A stretch of 61,431 bases of DNA, the filler included, from Choristocarpus tenellus KU-1152 (taxonomy: Eukaryota > Protista > Phaeophyceae), in the NCBI GenBank assembly GCA_964200185.2. It is 12 parts of 12 records of this genome, joined end to end, with 100 filler letters (N's around TTAATTAATTAA, not from the genome) between each part and the next. Parts side by side here need not be neighbours in the genome. Positions count along the whole stretch, not along the records: positions 45,547 to 55,804 come from CAXNAD020003034.1; positions 55,905 to 61,431 come from CAXNAD020010522.1; 10 more parts are not named here. One strand, given 5' to 3'. Both the position numbers and the translations under genes were made by a program. Under the pieces are notes generated by a model. That model ran no database searches. It was not told the DNA's origin and saw only the letters and a program-made list of their open reading frames with translations. Positions 54,007 through 61,431 of this stretch are shown in pieces. How positions within the stretch are numbered: the stretch's first letter is position 1; the number at the start of each line of letters is the position of its first letter.

Positions 54007-54283
54007 AGTGAAAATATCTTAGAGAGGGTACGAGTTTTACCCTGCTTATATGTTTGGGCCTTGGCTTCCCACTTCTTTTTTAATGACATTTTGACCAGCT
54101 TTGAAATGTTTTGGAGTAGGTAAAATATGTATGTGTTATGAAAAGGTGTGCCCTGAACAAGGAAGGATATTGAAAATAATTCTTGTCAAACACACAGCAG
54201 CCAAGATTACATCGAAATCGCAACATTGGATTCTAGCCCCCGAAACGGACGCGGCCCTACCCTCTAAAAGATAACTTTGACTC
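54007..54283. mobile_element. MITE family B, diverged copy in the opposite orientation
   Basis: AAAATATCTTAGAGAGGGTACGAGTTTT...GGACGCGGCCCTACCCTCTAAAAGATAACTTTGACTC is the reverse-complement match to 43530-43791. Confidence 0.8.
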
Positions 54284-55999
54284 TGGATCCCTCCCCCAAA
54301 GATTTTTTTTTTTTTTTTTTATTATTTTTATTTTTATTTTTAGACTCACCGACGCCTCCGAAACTAGGTCCTCATTCGAATCTTCTCGAATGGCCCCAAG
54401 GTTTGCCGGAAGAAGGGAACGCACCTACAATATATGCAAAACAAGAAAATGACGAGATGCCAGCGATTTGTAAACGTGGACAATACTTGAGTTCATTTTT
54501 GTGGGGGATTGGTGGGTTTGTGGTCGGGTTTGTTAGTAGTGCAGTAATAACATTTTGCGCTGCGGTTGATTTGTCCAATACGCTGTTAACACACTTTATT
54601 GATTTATTTTTTTTCTGTGGCGTCTTATAGTATTTTTTATTTATTTTTCTGAGAACTCAGCAGCGATGGATGGGGAGTTCAGGGATTCTGCACACCCTAG
54701 ACTAAAAAAAGTCCTATATACGTTTCTCCTGGTGCCGGCACCAGTTTTAGATACAAAAACGCAACAGGAACAGTGGTGGTGCCAATTTTTTATTTACATG
54801 TAAAATTAAATTTGAGGGGGAATGGCGGGCGGAAAAGTACGGGAAATGCGTTCTCGCCGTCGGCTGTGAAATCGGACCTTCCAGAGAGGTTAGGCAGGTT
54901 AACCGTCATGTTAGTTCCGACACCAAGCAACCTAGGACTAACATGACAAAAAGGGGTATATCAATGTCAAAAATCGATTCCGTGGCTTGTTCCTGTTGGC
55001 ACCTGGAGCCCTCGACCAGTGGTAAAGCTAACGTCCCAAACCAATACGTTGATTTGATCGATGTTTGATTCAAATGTGCATAACACGTTAATGCTGCATT
55101 GTACCTTTGTGTGCATTTCTTGGTCACCTCCCATTCCTCTCTTTTTTCTTTTTTTTTTCAAAGTGCCCCACATTGAGCTTCAGCCGAAGGGTTTGAGTGG
55201 TTTATCCCTCGAGGTACAGTCCCACCATGCCTCTCTCCAAAACCATTTTTTTTTGCAGTTCATCCCTACATGCTTCCGAACCATGGCCTTCACAGGCTCG
55301 CTCTACCTTTGCTTACATCCTGATCCCCACGTCTGTTCCCATATCTATGCTCAGCGCAACACTTCGCCAACAACATACCTGAGATGATTGGGGTGGTAGA
55401 GACTGTTCCGCCCCCACAGAGCTGTTGTTCCCCATGACTGCCGACCAGTCAATGACGGTAGCACTCTTGCCATGCTTCAGACATTAGATGTGATGAAGAG
55501 GGAGGGAGGGGTAGGGGGAGAGGGATTAGATGGGAAAAATAGGAAAGGAGGAAAAGATAACAATGTTGTAGAGTGGTGTAAGATACGGATTTTGGAGAGG
55601 GGGGGGGGAAGAGGTGATACTCTATCCTCGATATTAAAACGCCCACTTGATCAATCAATCAATGTCTCGCATTGACGGTGCTTTCGCGCCTGCTATATGC
55701 AGCAGACCTCTACCCGTTCCTGGTCACCTCTCCCCCTCCCCCCCTTCCCCCCTTCTATTCAGAACGCAACACTGCGCTTCAAATGAAGGGGGTGAGCGAC
55801 TAACNNNNNNNNNNNNNNNNNNNNNNNNNNNNNNNNNNNNNNNNNNNNTTAATTAATTAANNNNNNNNNNNNNNNNNNNNNNNNNNNNNNNNNNNNNNNN
55901 NNNNGTGCCCTCCACAAGCACTGAAATATTTTTGAACAAAAATATATCCCATTCGTAGCAGGGCCCTTAAAAAGTGCCTACCAATGTCTCATATTCCCC

Positions 56000-58270
56000 G
56001 TTTTCGTATTCGCTGATCAATTTCGGCCACATTAGAGTATAGCTAGTCTGAATCTGAAGTTACTTCACCCTTGGAGGGGTTCATATTAAGTAAGTTCTAA
56101 AATATTAGCCATCATGCACAGGGTCGTATTTCCTAGAAACCCACGTCCATTTTCCGTTCATTTTAGTAGAATGAAACATTCCTATCCTCAAGTCCAACCT
56201 TCTATACAAGACTTGAACGAAATGGATTATTTGTTTGTAGGGAAACTGTTACCATTGTCGGATGTGGACCATCAAATCCCTCAAGTCGTTATTGACTATT
56301 GCACTGTTATTCTTGGACATAGACCTGATCCTGGTCGTCGTTCGTCCACAAATGTTATCTAATGCCTTCGTTTTGGTGGCTATCAGCCCTCTTGTGACCT
56401 TCACAAATGAGTAGAACAGATTCCATAATAATGCCGTGAAATGATTTCATCCTATCATGCAGTAAATGGATTCGATAATCAGTAAAATTCTCGTCCCACA
56501 CAGTGTTAACTTGAAATTCGAATTTACTGATACCATATGTGTAGTCTGTATATCATGCATTGCCGTAGATAGTATAACCTATCGCTTAGATAATGAGACC
56601 ATTGTAGTATGTCTGGTACAGGTCCTTACCATTATTTTTATGTCTAGTGCATCTTGTCCCATATCACGTGTTACCCACATATCATGATCGTTTGCATAGG
56701 TTGATCATCTACTTTAGACAAATAGCCTTTGTATGACATTTTGTAATATGCGGGTGTAGTCTATGGTTTTAGGAAGACATTATATAACTGGTATCAGGTG
56801 TCAGTTAACCTCTTGCAACCTGCTCTGACATCAGATGTCTCGTGTTTGTTAGGTTTATCAATCCTTGTAAATAGACCATACATAATGTTGGGGGAGGATA
56901 GATCAACAATACAATGTTATTTGATCTGTCAATTGTCCTCGTTTGCAGGGCTAGACACATGTGGTGGCGAAGAGATCGTATCACTGGGCACAATAGCACC
57001 TGTGTGTGCTAGGGTGGCTGCTCATTATATCATGTCTCGTTTTCAAGAAATGCATTTATTGAATATCATGAAACGACTAACCACATCGAAAACAAATTAA
57101 AGTCTACCACTAGGTAAGTGATGTAGACTTCAGGTGAGTCACATTCATTAATTATTTTTCGAGTGGTATGATGACTACGCCGGTATGATGTAGTGACTGT
57201 ACGGTCACCTCATATCGTTTTGGATAGTTGAGCAACTAATATTGTATGTCCTAGTGCCCACTTGGAATAATGTAGTTGTCAAGAGCAACATTCTAATCAT
57301 TTCAGAATGCAAGGAAGGAGAACGTCTGCACATATTGCATATTTGATCTCATCATCTGCTGTGTTGAATTTTGATCAAGTAGACGTGCTTGTGTTTTCAC
57401 ACATTGGAGTGTTGATCAAATCATCGTATATTACTCGTGTAACAACGTCAGATCACAAACGTTTGTCAAACAGTTTATTGACTTTGTATAGTGTTTGGTC
57501 CTCGTACCCCCATTCTTGAGTAACTTCTGATTATACAAGATACAAGAGACCAATATATATGCTGACCACATATACCTCTCGCCTCGTATTTAGGCTGATT
57601 GATATGCTGATCCCATGCACTTAGACCTCGTAAGCTTGATTGGTATGTTGAGCATACACCATCAACCTTGGGGTAATGATATCCCTATTAGATATTCATC
57701 AATGCCTCGTATATATATTACACTATATTTTGTATCAATGAAGTTGTGAAATACAATGGTACAATAGTGCACTAACAATTACACCTATTTCCCCCATTTT
57801 GCTCCCATTGGTCACCTTTTGGTTGACCTTGAATCATGTTTACATGGCTTTGAGGTCGATCAGAAGGGGGGTGATGTGGAAAGGTTTTCTGTTATCATAC
57901 CGTTATTGCCGCATGCTGTATACTGTCATAACGATCCCAATTCCTGTAGAGGATCTTCTGCGCGACTTAATTTATGGAACCTCTTTAAGGGTTATACCCC
58001 AGAGACGAGGGACCCCTCTTCATTCAGACTTATCAAACATCAAAGATTCACTTTGTTCTCACTTGTTGACATGCTGATGACCCTCCTCTCACGAGACTCT
58101 CATCACTCCACAATTTTCTGGAAATCCTTGCTGTCTTGCACTTGTCCAACCTTGACCTCGTCCTCCCGGTTACGGTTCGTCTTGGGCCGTCTGGTCTATC
58201 TCCCCGCTGATTCTCTTCACTACCCTTGTTTGAGTAAACTACCAACACACACAATTATAAGATTGATATC
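56000..58270 (-). pseudogene. Intronless, decayed coding-like region of unknown origin (transposon or endogenous virus remnant)
   Basis: Lacks the microsatellites typical of this genome. Minus-strand peptide stretches such as EWGYEDQTLYKVNKLFDKRL*SDVVTRVIYDDLINTPMC and GISKFEFQVNTVWDENFTDYRIHLL; follows a family C end. Confidence 0.3.
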
Positions 58271-58544
58271 AGTATGAATTTCAACGTAATTTTTTTTAAT
58301 AGAATGTCAATAATATTTTGATCAAAATAAATATCAACAAAAATAACATCAATATCAAGAATAAGAATACCAAAAAAATTGTGAAATTAATGCAAAGAAT
58401 GGATTTAGAGAAAATCAATAACAATATGCATGTAATATTATAATTGTATGTAGATATTCAAAATAAGTATAATTTAAATATATATACATATATATATATA
58501 TGAATGTATCTAGAAAATGTTAGAGGTCATAATAATGGTATAGT

Positions 58545-58856
58545 CAGTCACATCGCAAATAGGGCTATCTAGACGTGTCATGCGTTTTAAGCTGGAGACA
58601 TCAGGGAGATGGGAAGAAGGGGCATGTTGGATTCGTGGGATGATTCCCTTACTCCTCACACTGGGGTTCAGGACTAAGAAGCTAGGTTGGAGGCACAGGA
58701 AGGGAGTGGTGAAGATAGCTGGTAAAATAGAAAATAAACGAATGTCTTTCACATTTACAAATTGTTACTTTTTGGGGGGGTTTTCTGACATGTGAATAGT
58801 TTTCATTGGTTTTCCCCCCAACATATCTGGAAAATATCAGAGGGCATAATAATAAA
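58545..58856 (+). mobile_element. Family S copy, uninterrupted (about 310 bp)
   Basis: Aligns with 46665-46930 plus 51421-51460 and with 26612-26880; ends CAGAGGGCATAATAATAA. Confidence 0.8.
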
Positions 58857-61371
58857 ATAGTAATATATATTTTGTGATGTACAACTTTCGATTTGGAATC
58901 AGTGTTCAAATTTTGTAGAGTTTCTGTTAATGTGAAGGCTTCGTGATATATGATTTATTGAATGAATGTACGAACAATATTGTTACCGAGGCGTCGCCAT
59001 TTTGTCTTCTCAATTAAACACCATAATTTGACGGACGTAATGTGTGCAATAGTGAAACTCTGAAATACTTCAACGACACTCCTTAGCAAACACCTCTTGC
59101 TTAATTGGTTCTCACCTCACAGAACGTTTTTTGATTTGTCATCAGGAGAGATATTACCTGAACGTTCTTACAGTTGGAGAAATCCAGTGTACCTGAAAAG
59201 GTGCACCATCCTATGCCTTGGTCCCCCAGAAAGTCGTGGGTTTCGGCGTCAGACCTCGGGGAATGTGTTAATCTTCGCGGAGGACTGTAGAGAAAGCTGC
59301 CAGGGAGGAAGAACAACAGCTTGAAAGGGTGCTGGAAAGGTTCTCTTACTCATTCTGTTCTGAGGAGGTGCGTTAAGAAATGCTCAGTTTCTATACGAAC
59401 CTCAAGGGCCGCGTGTTTTTCAGGATAGGGTTAGTTTCGTCGATATGGCTGGTATATAGATATACAAAGAAAACATACATTACGCTTCTTGTGAGGTCTA
59501 TCCCCAGGGGTTTCGAGGATTCCATGCCACAGATGGGAAAACGTACTCATCCACCAACGTCGGTATCGTTACAAACTACAAGGGCTGCGTTTCAGTGAGC
59601 ATTGTTTGTGGGGGTACTGCAAGAGAAGCCCACTTCGTTCCTCTCACCCATGATTTGATGTATGACATTCGCGATGTGGTTTAGGGAAGTTGTGGTAAGA
59701 TTCGTTGGACAATCTTTCAGAGGATCTGATGCAACAGGATGAATTCAGAACAACATGCATGAGTAGTACTGGTCGTGAATTGGAGAATGTGTGTGCGGCC
59801 TTGTCAGGGCATTAACAAGGTTCAATAGAGTGAAAAGCGCTGCTAGGGCATGGACGATGTGGCCGGTGGTCTCCAAAAGTATCTAAAATGGTGGTGGGTA
59901 ACTCATGAGAGCATCAGGGCCTGTAGCATCCTTGTACCTGGAACCTCCTATACTAAAAACCGGATGTTGCCTGGAATCCTCATATTTGCGGACTATATGG
60001 GTTGTGTGTGACAGTATTGGCAAGGTACTTAGTATATATTAACCCCGAGTGTTACTTCTTACTCTTCGTCCATGTGATTTATCCAAAGCTTCTTGCATCG
60101 ACGCAGCCAGCCACACATGCTGGTCCACCCCGCATCCCCTCATATTTTCCGCCTACAACTCCCTGATGCCATCAGGCTACTCGTCTCCAATCAACCCTCT
60201 CACTGGTCTATCAGAAGATATTGCCGCAGTGCACTTTGTTGTGGCTGGAGCTGACCCCCACCCCAATTTGACAGTTTCCTTACCTCTGATTCCATCTCTC
60301 AACGATGAGTGTGTTAGCGAGGATCGCTTGCGCATGAATCGACGCACCGTAGTCGGTGCGCCATTTTCATCTTCCCTCCGAACTTGTCTATGCTGTAGCC
60401 CTTTTCATGAGATCATTCGAGAGCTGCTGTGAGTAGGAACCAATGCTGAGTTGTGCATTGATCCCTCTTCACTCACCCCACCAATTTTTCTTGACCCTCC
60501 CATTGACTAATTTGATGCTGGCATGTTCGATGGTGGAAAATACCCACTTGTGCTACAGTGCATGAAATAACTTTACCAAGACTCGATTTTATAGCAAATA
60601 CATGGAGAGCTGCAAAGCAAACATGCCCAGAACCAGCCTTGTAACTCTTTAACCTCATCAAGCAACCTCGCACTCATCTTGCTTCTGGCCCCTGTTTCCC
60701 TGTTGGATTAATTTTTAATTAACATTGTTACCATTGTTATTTTTGCAACTATAATGTCAACGTTTACAGTGTAGTGGATAGGTCATGCCGTTACCCGTGC
60801 TATTGCATGAATTTGTAATAGAGGCAGTTTAGATGGTGAATTTTGTTTACGACGCATCCCCTATTCCTATCCCTCAACTGATGATGCGTGAAGTACCGGC
60901 TCTTTTAGTTGTACGCCTTAATACATTGAATTTCTCTGTATGATCGACAAATCTAAAGGGTTAATGCGGTACCAGGTTGGAATACTTTAGTACTGGACTT
61001 CTTTTTTTTTTGTCCTTTGTGCTTCTCCCTGTCCCACACACTTCATCCACCCCCTGCAGAATTTTCCCAGGCACCTACCGTTGCGTTTTTTGCTTGGTGT
61101 TTTCTTTTGGGGTGTTAGAAAGAAGTTGCACAGTGGTGTACTTTTTTGTTTTTATCGATTTTTTTTATTATTTTTGTTATTATTAGTAACACCAATGTCA
61201 CCCTGTTCTGCACACTGAGTGAGTTTTACTCTGGTGTGAGCATAGTCCAAGGTCGCACAAAACTGAAGGGAAGTGAACAGAAGAGGTCTGTCATCTTCAT
61301 GGTTGGGACAGTTGCTGTAACACACACTACGGTGGTCTAGTTTCTGCGTCTTCCCTTCCCCCCTCTCTTCT

Positions 61372-61420
<49 letters not shown>

Positions 61421-61431
61421 CCCCCCCCCCC

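Noticed and set aside
54729-54744. Perfect 16-bp palindrome CTGGTGCCGGCACCAG
   Set aside because: Single instance with no supporting context; may be part of an unrecognised repeat
57819-58277. LNLWNLFKGY resembling a primase-helicase motif
   Set aside because: Too short, no Walker A motif follows, and the opposite strand looks more coding
1-61431. Functional clustering of the genes (operon or island)
   Set aside because: The genes lie on separate concatenated contigs, so adjacency is arbitrary

Overview
This window is eukaryotic DNA. It is not one locus but 12 short contigs joined by artificial N-TTAATTAATTAA-N linkers, so gene order across linkers is meaningless. Spliceosomal introns, TTAGGG repeats and the gene and transposon types suggest a stramenopile, probably a brown alga (inference). 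I could splice these genes by hand with phase-consistent exons: a bacterial-type DUF5117/DUF4953 (EcxA-like Met-zincin) protease with a GC-AG intron, an ACSBG-type acyl-CoA synthetase fragment, a RecG helicase with an Mfd-like motif II, a near-complete 7TM-RGS protein, and a fragment of a large conserved protist protein. There is also a single sulfotransferase-like exon. Mobile DNA includes a decayed tyrosine-recombinase retrotransposon (RT-RNaseH-YR) inserted, with an 8-bp identical junction, into a short repeat that ends in a stem-loop plus (TAA)n. Two MITE families share termini, and a third repeat family is seen only as ends. The most unusual structural signal is pervasive short interstitial telomeric tracts, repeatedly coupled to direct or inverted duplications of adjacent unique sequence, including splice sites. 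No rRNA, tRNA or CRISPR array was found. Most short ORFs in the supplied track are spurious.
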